Source of the DNA: Escherichia phage vB_EcoM_G2285
Direction: 5' to 3' (one strand)
DNA length: 64,000 nucleotides
Sequence record: MK327933.1
Below the pieces are notes generated by a model. That model did not search any database. It was not told the origin of the DNA and saw nothing but the letters and a program-made list of their open reading frames with translations. How positions within the stretch are numbered: the stretch's first letter is position 1; each line of letters opens with the position of its first letter. Position numbers and translations under genes: made by a program. Shown one piece after another: positions 27,375 through 36,445 of this stretch.

Positions 27375-29044
27375 TGATGAGTGATATCGCCACCGATTGG
27401 ACGATAGGAAACACCAGTTTCTTTATCAGTTAGTACCCATTTACCAGGATTTTTTGTAATCAGAGTAGCCGTTACAGGTTCTGCTACGTCATAACTAATA
27501 GAGCCGTCCTGAAGTACACGGCCCATATTACGTAATTGCTTAGTCAGAAGTTCCATACCTTTATAATATGCGGCTACCGCTTTAAGTGGATTATTCTTAA
27601 AATAACCACCTAATGCAATCCAGATAATTGCCACTGCCAAATGATGATACTCGTTAAATGAACTCATCTTTCCATATTTGTAAACTAATGGATTGATGTT
27701 AATAGTCACATTACAAGTTGTTTCATCAATAGTAAACTGGCCCCAGGTCGGATTAGCGTTGAATTCATCATAACCTGAAACAGCATAAAGCACTTTAGCT
27801 TCATCATACAATTTTGGCCCGTAAATCTTGGTTTCGCCAAAATATCCACGAGGGTCGATAAACTTGACTTCGCCGTTATCAGTAATCATAGTATTACTGA
27901 AGTTCGGGTCACCATGAATAACAGAGTACTGTCCCTGAGAACGGTTATGATAGCGAATAAGATGTTCTAAAGCTTGTTTCAGCATTGGCTTCAGACGTCC
28001 AATCTTAGTGTAGTTCACATGTGTGATTTTACCAAATGAATCAATCAATGGTTGAATGCTTTCACAACGATCAATAACTTTCGTATAGAATTCTTTAGTG
28101 AAATCACGACGAACAGTTTCAGGACTTACAAAATAAGTGTCTGTGCTGAATTTCAGTGCATCTAAAATTGCATCAACAATTTGTGGACGAGCAAGACTTG
28201 ATTTGGATTTAATATATTCAAATGCCGGCTTACCTTTAATGCGTTCCATTTCAAAGTTATTTTCATTAACAGAAACTAACTGAGGAACTGAATCTGATTT
28301 CACTTTAAGATACCATGAAATCTCATCTTTCTGAAGAGCTCGACCTTGTTCGGTTAATGCGAATTTAGTTACAGTTTCTTCACCAATTTCAACTGCATTA
28401 AAACTACGATTAAGTTCACGAACTTCATGGGCCTTTTCAAGTTTAGGCATATCACCAAGGTCGATGATATTCATAAGCTCTGATTTATTGAATGCGCCGC
28501 TGTAAAGGAATTCTACGAAATCACGTCCTTTGCAGTATTCATGAATTTCCTCATCAGTAGAACCCATGTAGAATTCCCAGTCTTTGAACTGATAAATTCC
28601 TACAACATTACCACCTGTTGAACCTACGTTAGTGATATTTTCACCGTCGAAATTATATCGACATTCGTCACCCTTAACATAGATTGCGTTAACATTCCAA
28701 GACCATGAACCAAAATCTGGAATAATATCACACCAGTTAACAATTACGTTATGGCCGTCTAAATCTTTGTGTAATTTAGCAAGAGCATAAGCAGAACCAT
28801 ACGCTTCATCAACTGTACGAATAGTCACATTGAACCCTTCTTGCTCACAATAAGCTCGAACAGTTTCAGCAAATTTTGAATGAACTACTACAATAATTTC
28901 ATCTGCGCCAAGGTCAGAATAAATTGTATACAAATTGCTCAGAATAGTGTCTTGTTTATAGTTAACAAGCACCTTGGGAATATGATGCGTTATTGGATAT
29001 AAACGAGTTGCCAGACCAGCACCAAGAATAACAGCTTTTTTCAT
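27359..29044 (-). CDS. bifunctional sugar-phosphate nucleotidyltransferase / APH-like kinase
   Basis: 561 aa; N-terminal ILGAGLATRL NTP-transferase motif; C-terminal VIHGDPNFSN..IDPRG kinase catalytic-loop-like motif. Confidence 0.6.
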   Translation of the reverse strand: MKKAVILGAGLATRLYPITHHIPKVLVNYKQDTILSNLYTIYSDLGADEIIVVVHSKFAETVRAYCEQEGFNVTIRTVDEAYGSAYALAKLHKDLDGHNVIVNWCDIIPDFGSWSWNVNAIYVKGDECRYNFDGENITNVGSTGGNVVGIYQFKDWEFYMGSTDEEIHEYCKGRDFVEFLYSGAFNKSELMNIIDLGDMPKLEKAHEVRELNRSFNAVEIGEETVTKFALTEQGRALQKDEISWYLKVKSDSVPQLVSVNENNFEMERIKGKPAFEYIKSKSSLARPQIVDAILDALKFSTDTYFVSPETVRRDFTKEFYTKVIDRCESIQPLIDSFGKITHVNYTKIGRLKPMLKQALEHLIRYHNRSQGQYSVIHGDPNFSNTMITDNGEVKFIDPRGYFGETKIYGPKLYDEAKVLYAVSGYDEFNANPTWGQFTIDETTCNVTININPLVYKYGKMSSFNEYHHLAVAIIWIALGGYFKNNPLKAVAAYYKGMELLTKQLRNMGRVLQDGSISYDVAEPVTATLITKNPGKWVLTDKETGVSYRPIGGDITHQWERI

Positions 29045-29085
29045 GTTGAAGTCCTCATTGGTAAGTAGGAGTATTGTACACTATT

Positions 29086-29229
29086 CTAGTTAAAGCATTC
29101 ATACTTTGCTTGTAGTCCAATCATAATCCATCCAATCACAAGTGTTGGAATCATTACCGGAGCCGTTAAGCTCCAGTAGATAGTCATGAAAAGCATCAAT
29201 AGTAAAAGTCCTATTGTTATTGCTTTCAT
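29086..29229 (-). CDS. 47 aa hydrophobic membrane peptide, absent from ORF track
   Basis: hand translation MKAITIGLLLLMLFMTIYWSLTAPVMIPTLVIGWIMIGLQAKYECFN; ATGA overlap with upstream stop. Confidence 0.4.
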   Translation of the reverse strand: MKAITIGLLLLMLFMTIYWSLTAPVMIPTLVIGWIMIGLQAKYECFN

Positions 29230-29861
29230 TGTTCGCCTCGTAACATGGCACCTAGTGCACCGCCTGGATGGAACTTAAGGAAGTCATTAGAGGTAAATCC
29301 ACGTTCAGACGAAAGGTTGATAGCAAACGTATCGATAAGCGCTAACAACAATGTAGTTGACATCGTCGGAGCTAAAGAGTTCTCGTCAACTTCTACCGCG
29401 ATACCGGTACAGAACGTATAATCAAAAAGAGCTTCGTATTCTTGTGGAATGTCTGGGTTACAATGCAACAGAATCTGTTTGACGTTCGGACGAATCATTT
29501 TAAGATGCTTAGCCACGCCTATCATTTCTTCAGTCTTACCAGAACGACTGATGTGAACTAATACATCATTAGGTGCAATAAATCCTGCATCACCGTGAGA
29601 ATAATGCCCAGTGTTCAAGTACATACTCGGGATACCGAGTGAAGCAAATGTCTCAGAAGCTTTAGTTGCGATATTAGCATTCTTACCAACACCTGTAATA
29701 ATTACTCGGCTTTCATAATTACTAAGTCCAGGGCGTCGAAGAGTTTCTAGAATAGCATTATAACGAGCAGGGTTTTGACTAATTACTTCGGCCATAGTGG
29801 CCAAAGAAGAAGCTTGTTTTATGATTGCGTCAATAGCGATAGTAATAGGAGTAGTTTTCAT
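29226..29861 (-). CDS. SIS-domain sugar-phosphate isomerase (arabinose-5-phosphate isomerase-like)
   Basis: 211 aa; ITGVGKNANIATK, HGDAGFI, ISRSGKTEE, APTMSTT, FHPGGALG match KdsD/GutQ SIS-domain blocks. Confidence 0.7.
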   Translation of the reverse strand: MKTTPITIAIDAIIKQASSLATMAEVISQNPARYNAILETLRRPGLSNYESRVIITGVGKNANIATKASETFASLGIPSMYLNTGHYSHGDAGFIAPNDVLVHISRSGKTEEMIGVAKHLKMIRPNVKQILLHCNPDIPQEYEALFDYTFCTGIAVEVDENSLAPTMSTTLLLALIDTFAINLSSERGFTSNDFLKFHPGGALGAMLRGEQ

Positions 29862-29901
29862 ATTTCTCTCATTTAATTAGTTTACCGTCCATGGCATTAT
29901 A

Positions 29902-30905
29902 TCAAAAATCGAACATATCGAACAGAGATGCTTTCTTCTCGTAATCGAGTTTCGCTGCTGATGTGAATCCTTCAAGTGGTTTAATAAATGTCTTCTCAAG
30001 GAGAACAGTGTAGTCCATCCAATGAAGTACATCGTCTTTAATTAAATCTGTGATTTCAGTACCAGAAGGCCATGCGATACATTTATCACCGAATGGGTTT
30101 CCTTCACGTAAAGGCAGAACATATACTTTTTCACCTTCTACAACTTGCGGTGCATCGATATTACCTTTGATAGCCCGGTTATACGTCAGAATTCCACGAA
30201 TATGGAACGGGCATTTAGGACCAGGGAATCCACCGACGTCATATTTAGCAATGTTATTCGCAGAAGATACCGACGCGATGCTAATATAATTCAATTGACG
30301 GAATTCTTTTTCAAACTCTTTAAAATATTCTTGTAATGATTCTTCGCCTTCCTGAAGCATACGACGAATACATTCCTTAAGAGCTTTCTGTACTGCTTTA
30401 GGAGTCGAAGATTTCTGAGTCTCTAGACCCATGATTTTAAGCTTAGGTTCAGCGTATCTGGTTCCTTCCATATCCCACACGTTTAATGCATAACGTTTCT
30501 TACCAGTCCAGAATCCACCAATACCTTTAGAACCAAGCGGAGGACCAGCAATAGCTTCTCGGTCCATGAACATCAAATGTTGTTTATTGTTCATGTATTC
30601 ACACATTTCACGGAAACCTCTATCAATAGCTGGTTCCATACGTTCACGTGCAAACTTATCTAAGAAGTCTACCCAATGGTTGGTATCACGGAATTTAGAT
30701 TCACCAACCTTATCAATAATTTTATCTGCAGATACGTAAATGGAGTCTGTATCACCATAAAGAACGAAAGCTTCACCTTCTGTACCACAAACTTCATTCA
30801 GATATTCATTAACTTTACGTTCAATCCACTGTAAAGCCATTTGACCAAATGTTGTGATTGCAGTAGCATTACGCAAATCGTAATAACGGAACCAAACGTT
30901 ACCCA
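29902..30905 (-). CDS. 43: DNA polymerase gp43, cistron B exon 2 (palm/thumb, YGDTDS)
   Basis: translation from GNVWFRYYDLRNATAIT through YGDTDS to ..FDMFDF matches recalled RB69/T4 gp43 C-terminus; 5' boundary set at inferred splice site. Confidence 0.85.
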
Positions 30906-31137
30906 CATTATGTTCGACTGAGGTCGTTAATCTCAGCCCGGAATTATATCCAGCTGCATGTCGCCATGCAGAGCAGACTATATCATCATCTTTATAGATG
31001 CTATGCGCTTCCACCCACTTGGGCGTACTCCTTTCGGATAGTCGTTGCACGTTCCTCATAGAGGCTTCGCTCAGGATTGTCTACTAGAGATGTCCCCTGA
31101 ATTCACATAGTTTAAAGTGCGCCGAGTTATTTGGTTA
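30906..31137 (-). ncRNA. group I intron (td/nrdD-like, ORF-less, 232 nt) in gene 43
   Basis: interrupts motif B codons (..LYGAL | GNVWF..); core elements CTCTAGTAGACAATCC and GATATAGTCTGCTCTGCATGGCGACATGCAGC; starts TAA after exon U, ends ..CATAATG. Confidence 0.75.
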
Positions 31138-31306
31138 ACGCACCATACAGACTATTAATAAGCAATTTACGGTTAATCTGAGCCGTATTACCTGCTACTT
31201 CAGCCAATTCGCAGTTTTTAAGATGTTGTTCTAAATCAGCTTTGCTTAAGGACTTGAGATAAGAAATTTCATCTTGTGAAAAGTCTTGAGTGTATGTTAA
31301 ATTCAT
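31138..31306 (-). CDS. 43: DNA polymerase gp43, cistron B exon 1 (motif B)
   Basis: ATG overlapping HEG stop (TAATG); encodes MNLTYTQDF..NTAQINRKLLINSLYGA, the polymerase K-x3-NSxYG region. Confidence 0.7.
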
Positions 31307-32127
31307 TATATTTTATTCCTACAGTTATCAAAGTGCCAACGTTTCATACCAGATAATATACCTTCTTTACCACAGTGCGGACACGTTGCTTTAATCTCTT
31401 TAGCTTTAGCCCAGTATTCTTTCTTAGAGTCTGAAAGGGCCTTATTATGGGCTTCCGAATTGGTTTTGCCTAATCTTGTTTTAACTATATTAGGATTCTC
31501 TGAAATTCTTTGCTTCATCCTAGAAGACTGTTTAGAACGTTGTTCTTTCGACCAGCCATCAGATAAAACTTTCTTTTGTTCTTCAGTTTTGGTTGTACCG
31601 AAGAGATGGGATTTATTTTTAGAATAGTATTCTTTGAGACCTATAGATTGTTTTAACGAAGTTTCAGCAGAATGCTTTGTTCCTATTTTATTTTTACTTG
31701 CTACAGCCCAATTGGCTGCTGCTATGGCTTTATACTTTTCAGGATTTTTGGCTATAGTGATTTTAATAGAATCTGAAACCTTTTTAGCAATCTCTTGGGA
31801 CTTCATAGGATTTGGTAGATTTAAAGAATTTACATAATCCCAACCGCCTTTACCACCAGGATTAAGATTATATGTATCATTTCTTTTTACAAAATCTTTA
31901 TCTACAATTTTAGCTTCAAGGGCATAAGCTTCATCTTCATTATCGAATACTTCCAAAATGGTCTTTTGGAGATTTTCTATACCGTATTTTTCAACGGCTG
32001 CTTTAACAACAGGTCCAGAACCGCGGTAAATATCGTTTTGATTAGACTCATCACACTTATGAACACCTACATAAATTTTACCATTAACGACATTAGTAAT
32101 TTGGTAAACAGTATAAACAGTTTTCAT
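31306..32127 (-). CDS. GIY-YIG homing endonuclease inserted within gene 43
   Basis: VYQITNVVNGKIYVGV GIY-YIG motif; C-terminal CPHCG..MKRWHFDNC zinc finger; start set at ATG with SD GGAGG. Confidence 0.75.
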   Translation of the reverse strand: MKTVYTVYQITNVVNGKIYVGVHKCDESNQNDIYRGSGPVVKAAVEKYGIENLQKTILEVFDNEDEAYALEAKIVDKDFVKRNDTYNLNPGGKGGWDYVNSLNLPNPMKSQEIAKKVSDSIKITIAKNPEKYKAIAAANWAVASKNKIGTKHSAETSLKQSIGLKEYYSKNKSHLFGTTKTEEQKKVLSDGWSKEQRSKQSSRMKQRISENPNIVKTRLGKTNSEAHNKALSDSKKEYWAKAKEIKATCPHCGKEGILSGMKRWHFDNCRNKI

Positions 32128-32153
32128 AATATCCTCCATTAGTTGATAAGACT

Positions 32154-32183
32154 ATAATACCACATCCTTGTGGTATTGTAAAC
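32154..32183 (-). promoter_or_regulatory. early-type promoter for the intragenic endonuclease
   Basis: minus GTTTAC-N18-TATTAT then AGTCTTATCAACTAATGGAGGATATTATG. Confidence 0.45.
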
Positions 32184-33703
32184 TATTTTGAAGCCAAAAT
32201 CTCTTTAATTATTTCAGCATTTCGCTGTGCAGCCAACATGTAGCGCTTATGTTCTTTACGCTGCAAGAATACCTTAGTGATTTCTGTTGGAATCACACCA
32301 TCACGGTCTTTATAATACATCATGCCGTTAGGAGAGCAACTGTACACATCTGAAGGACGTTCGGCGATTGCGTTAATATACTCATGCAGTGGAGCTACTT
32401 TAAACGTTCCTGCTATTGTTTCCGGGCTAATATTCACTTGGCGAATAATACTTGGATACAGAGATGTAAGGTCGAAACTCATTACATATTTGTATCGATT
32501 TGGAATAGGTTCCTTAACAAAAGCGCCAGGATAAGGTTGAACCGGGTGAGAACGACCTTGTGGAATCACCTTGTTCTGCTCTTTAAGGCTATTAAAAATA
32601 ATAGCATCCCATGTTTTAATTGGGCTAAACACAGATTGAATCTGTATCTTAGCATAATAACCCATGTCCAAGCTCAAGTTGATGAACTGACGCTTAGCAT
32701 CAATTTGCAATACACGATACACGTCGATAATGTTATAAGAAATATATCGTTGGTGATTGCTTTCACGAAGCTTAGAAATAGGGCCGTCATATTTCAGTTT
32801 ACCAACGTTCAATTCAAATTCTGAAATGTAATCCAGAGAATATGACGGTTGATTGGTAAAAGAGAATTTTTTGTAAAGGTCAATGTAATCAAGAACAGAG
32901 ATACCGAACAATGTAATGATTTCACGAGAACCATACATGTTTTCGATAACTTTAACACGAGTTTTACGATGTGGTGACAACCGTTTTGCTGTGGATTCGC
33001 CAAAAATATTCTTGATTCGGTTATACACATATGGAATATCAAATGACTCAACGTTCCATCCAGTCAAAATGACAGGAGTTTTCTGTTGCCAGAAGTTGAG
33101 ATATTCCATCAACAATTCTTTTTCGTTATCGAACGGCATATAAATGATTTTATCGATAATTTCAGATGGAACTTCATCACCGCCTTGTTCTTGAAGCTTA
33201 GCAGCGATTTCAATAGACCATTCTTCTACATTACCATACGGAGAATTCAATAGATCAAATACATAGAACCTGTCGTCAATTGAGTCATAATGGGTGATAG
33301 CATCAATCGGATGTTTTGCTTGTGACGGCTCAGGGAACCCATCCGGAGATGTTACTTCGATGTCGAAGTTAGCCACACGAATTTTTGTATGGTCGTATTT
33401 GATTTCATAGTTATAAGTGTCAGACAAATACGCCAATTTGAAATCGTCCATGCCAAGTGCTTCAAGTCCGATATCTTCCATGCGTTTAATCCATTGGGAG
33501 GCATCACGCATATTAGCGAACAGCTTACGAGTACACGGCTTACCGTAGATATCGAAATATTTCGTAGCCTGACTTTCTGGACAATGAGCAAACAGTGATG
33601 GTTTATATTCTACTTCACGAGTACGTTCACGGCCATTAGAATCGATGTAACGTTCAAAAATTGAATCACCAATCTGTTCAACCGTTAAGTAAAATTCTTT
33701 CAT
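32183..33703 (-). CDS. 43: DNA polymerase gp43, cistron A (N-terminal and 3'-5' exonuclease domains, motif A)
   Basis: 506 aa; MKEFYLTVEQIGDSIFERYID..FDIEV..YNIIDV..DLTSLYPSII matches recalled RB69 gp43 N-terminal half; ends at in-frame stop. Confidence 0.9.
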   Translation of the reverse strand: MKEFYLTVEQIGDSIFERYIDSNGRERTREVEYKPSLFAHCPESQATKYFDIYGKPCTRKLFANMRDASQWIKRMEDIGLEALGMDDFKLAYLSDTYNYEIKYDHTKIRVANFDIEVTSPDGFPEPSQAKHPIDAITHYDSIDDRFYVFDLLNSPYGNVEEWSIEIAAKLQEQGGDEVPSEIIDKIIYMPFDNEKELLMEYLNFWQQKTPVILTGWNVESFDIPYVYNRIKNIFGESTAKRLSPHRKTRVKVIENMYGSREIITLFGISVLDYIDLYKKFSFTNQPSYSLDYISEFELNVGKLKYDGPISKLRESNHQRYISYNIIDVYRVLQIDAKRQFINLSLDMGYYAKIQIQSVFSPIKTWDAIIFNSLKEQNKVIPQGRSHPVQPYPGAFVKEPIPNRYKYVMSFDLTSLYPSIIRQVNISPETIAGTFKVAPLHEYINAIAERPSDVYSCSPNGMMYYKDRDGVIPTEITKVFLQRKEHKRYMLAAQRNAEIIKEILASK

Positions 33704-33715
33704 TTAATTTCCTTT

Positions 33716-33731
33716 AGACGAGTTATTGTCT
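33716..33731 (-). promoter_or_regulatory. gene 43 translational operator-like hairpin
   Basis: minus AGAC-AAUAACUC-GUCU 15 nt upstream of ATG; loop matches the recalled T4 gp43 operator loop. Confidence 0.45.
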
Positions 33732-33762
33732 TTTGTTTGTTGATGAACTTATTATACTCCAA

Positions 33763-33780
33763 ATGGGACCGAAGTCCCAT
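33763..33780 (-). terminator. hairpin after regA (ATGGGAC-TTCG-GTCCCAT), followed by TGGAGTATAAT promoter-like -10
   Basis: perfect 7-bp stem with TTCG loop; weak U-tail. Confidence 0.4.
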
Positions 33781-33784
33781 TGCT

Positions 33785-34153
33785 TTAATTACCAATTGTA
33801 TATTTTGCTTTCAAAGTCCAGTCATCTTTCTGTTTAAAAGAGATAACACGGAAGTTATTAGTCAGGCCAAACAGATCTTCACGAGCAGAGTCTTCAATAA
33901 CAATCAAGCCCCAGTCTTCAAGCAACTGAGCAATCGAATCACGTCGCTGATAGTCTTCACCATCAATATCAACCTGACGTCCGTCCATACGCAACATTTC
34001 TTTAAAGTGGACGATGTAGTATTTACCTTGCTTTTGGAGGATATGACAGGACTGATAAAGAACTTTATCCTTGTTATTAGCGATGCCCATACGGGTCAAA
34101 GTCTCTTTGACTTTCAGAAAATCTTCAGGGTTCTTCAATTTAATTTCAATCAT
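33785..34153 (-). CDS. regA: RegA translational repressor
   Basis: MIEIKLKNPEDFLKVKETLTRMGIANNKDKVLYQSCHILQK matches recalled T4 RegA. Confidence 0.9.
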   Translation of the reverse strand: MIEIKLKNPEDFLKVKETLTRMGIANNKDKVLYQSCHILQKQGKYYIVHFKEMLRMDGRQVDIDGEDYQRRDSIAQLLEDWGLIVIEDSAREDLFGLTNNFRVISFKQKDDWTLKAKYTIGN

Positions 34154-34155
34154 TT

Positions 34156-34719
34156 TTACCATTCCAATGCTAATTTTTTAAATTGTTTTTGTTCTTTCAC
34201 ATTTTTTGTAACTTCTTTGAGAAACTCATCAGTGACCATGGCCTTCAGTTCTTTAAGGACTATTGGCAACTTGTTATTTTTTTCAAGGAGCCGCTTATAC
34301 TCGGTAGCATCATTCATGTTGATTGTGTAATGTTTCATCAACAGTTTGATAACTAGTAACTCTGAAGTGTCTTCGACTAGTTTAGCCCATTTAGAGAATC
34401 GACGACCACGCGGAATTGCTGCCATCATATAGTTGAAGTGCGCTTCATCACTTAATTCAGAACCGACTAAGTTCATCATGTAAACAGCTGGCATACATTC
34501 TGGGAACTGGGATAATGAGTTCTCAACCATAAATTTTGAGTAGTCGACCTGAGCAATTGACATAGATTTCTTTTCATTAATAGCATTAATGATTTTAAAG
34601 AATTCATTCTCAGGTTTTTCTTTAAACATATCAGCACATTTTTGAATCGCATCAGCATCATTAGACTTCCATGCAATTTGGTGCTCGTTAAGTTGGACGT
34701 CATCATCAAATAAGTTCAT
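34156..34719 (-). CDS. 62: clamp loader small subunit
   Basis: 187 aa; position and length match T4 gp62. Confidence 0.8.
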   Translation of the reverse strand: MNLFDDDVQLNEHQIAWKSNDADAIQKCADMFKEKPENEFFKIINAINEKKSMSIAQVDYSKFMVENSLSQFPECMPAVYMMNLVGSELSDEAHFNYMMAAIPRGRRFSKWAKLVEDTSELLVIKLLMKHYTINMNDATEYKRLLEKNNKLPIVLKELKAMVTDEFLKEVTKNVKEQKQFKKLALEW

Positions 34720-34720
34720 A

Positions 34721-35683
34721 TTATTTCCAAGTCAGTTCGCAGGTCAGTTGAAGAAGCATATACATAACATGTAATTCAATATTACTTGCTAATCCATGAA
34801 ACTTATTATTTTCGCCTGCAATTTCATAAAGCGAAATAATACTTTTACCTGGTGCAACTTTGTCATAACACTCAGAAACTAATTTATCGATGAACCATGA
34901 ATAATCAGCGGCATATTTTGGAGCTAACGCACGAAGCTGTTTGATATCTTTATTTTTCATTGCTTCTATGACATCATCTACCGTGCCACGATCATTGGTT
35001 ACAATCGACAAAATACCTGCATCAAGAACACCTTTAGACGAGTACTGGTCTAATTGACCAATTGTACGTCGAAAGTCCGGGAAGTTCTTTTTAACCAGAG
35101 CTGCAACAACTTTCATATCAGCGATTTCGATATTTTCGTTCTTACAGATTTCAACCATGCGATGAATCATTTTCTTCATCATTGAGATTTTATCTTCTTC
35201 GGTTGGACGTCCGAATTCGATAACTCGACAACGACTACGTAACGGTTCGATAATTCCATCGATGTTGTTGGCAGTAATAATAATAGAACAGTTACTAGAG
35301 AATTCTTCCATGAATGTACGAAGGTGACGTTGTGATTCAGCGAGGCCACTACGGTCAAATTCATCAATAACAATAACTTTAGGCTTGCCTTCCATTGAGA
35401 CTGAACGAGCGAATGCAGTTAATGGGCCACGCACAAAATCAATCTTACAATCAGAACCGTTGACGAACATCATTTCGGCATTGATATCATTACATAATGC
35501 TTTTGCTACGGTTGTTTTACCTGTACCAGGAGAAGGAGAGTGTAAAATAATATGAGGAAGTTTTCCTTTAGATACTAAAGACTTGAATGTTTCATGGTCA
35601 TACGCAGGCAGAATACATTCGTCAATGGAAGAAGGACGATATTTCTGTTCTAGAATGTGTTCTTTGGAATTGATAGTAATCAT
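34721..35683 (-). CDS. 44: clamp loader large subunit (AAA+)
   Basis: 320 aa; Walker [11 protein letters not shown], Walker B VIVIDEFD. Confidence 0.92.
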   Translation of the reverse strand: MITINSKEHILEQKYRPSSIDECILPAYDHETFKSLVSKGKLPHIILHSPSPGTGKTTVAKALCNDINAEMMFVNGSDCKIDFVRGPLTAFARSVSMEGKPKVIVIDEFDRSGLAESQRHLRTFMEEFSSNCSIIITANNIDGIIEPLRSRCRVIEFGRPTEEDKISMMKKMIHRMVEICKNENIEIADMKVVAALVKKNFPDFRRTIGQLDQYSSKGVLDAGILSIVTNDRGTVDDVIEAMKNKDIKQLRALAPKYAADYSWFIDKLVSECYDKVAPGKSIISLYEIAGENNKFHGLASNIELHVMYMLLQLTCELTWK

Positions 35684-35758
35684 GTAATTTTCCTCATTAT
35701 CATTAAACTGGAGGATTTCTCCTCCATAATCGTATCACAATAAACGTAAAGCTTTGAC

Positions 35759-36445
35759 TTAGAAGTCGTGAGTAGAATCGGCTTCCATCGCAATAACATA
35801 ACTTACTTGAGAGCTTTCAAACTTAGCTGCAACTTTATCACCAGCTCCCCACAACATTACTTTATAGTTACCTGGCTGGATTTTCATATTAGCCATATTG
35901 ATTACGAAGTTAAAGTTGTTAGAACCATCATAATCGGTAAGAGTCAAAGAATACTTAGGACGAGTTAGTCCGGAATCTTCAACTTTATTATAGCCATTGA
36001 TAACAATTTTACCATCTTTATTTGTAATAGCAATTGTATCAATCTGAAGACCACGTGAAACTCGAAGCAATTGTTGAAGGTCTTCGGCTTTAATTTCAGT
36101 AATCACAGAAGCCACTGGGAATTGAATTGGCTTATTAGGAAAAACAATGGTGCTCTTGTCAGCGGCAGGCCAATAAACTGTGGAACGTGTATCTGCAATT
36201 TTAATATTACCATCAGTGTGCATTGAAATTTCAGCATCGTCAGACACTAGACTCAAAATGCTTAAGAAGCTATTCAAATCATAAAGTGCTACGTCAAAAT
36301 CAATTTCATCAGAGATATTTGCTTCCGCATAAGTGGTGCCATTAACTGCACGAGTCATAATAAATTTACCTTGACTCAGCAGAATGCCAGAGTTAATAGA
36401 AGCGAAGTTTTTCAGAATATTTACGGTTTCACGGCTAAGTTTCAT
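35759..36445 (-). CDS. 45: sliding clamp
   Basis: 228 aa; MKLSRETVNILKNFASINSGILLSQGKFIMTRAVNGTTYAEANISD matches recalled T4 gp45. Confidence 0.93.
   Translation of the reverse strand: MKLSRETVNILKNFASINSGILLSQGKFIMTRAVNGTTYAEANISDEIDFDVALYDLNSFLSILSLVSDDAEISMHTDGNIKIADTRSTVYWPAADKSTIVFPNKPIQFPVASVITEIKAEDLQQLLRVSRGLQIDTIAITNKDGKIVINGYNKVEDSGLTRPKYSLTLTDYDGSNNFNFVINMANMKIQPGNYKVMLWGAGDKVAAKFESSQVSYVIAMEADSTHDF

Noticed and set aside
29902-31059. Track ORF giving a 385 aa protein starting MRNVQRLSERSTPKW..
   Set aside because: Its first 51 codons lie inside the group I intron; polymerase homology only begins at GNVWFRYYD, and the upstream motif B codons are in a different frame 232 nt away. 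Replaced by a spliced two-exon cistron.
33782-33805. MotA-box-like TGCTTTA plus TATATT on the plus strand at the regA 3' end
   Set aside because: It would drive antisense transcription into regA with no plus-strand gene downstream; probably a chance match in AT-rich DNA.
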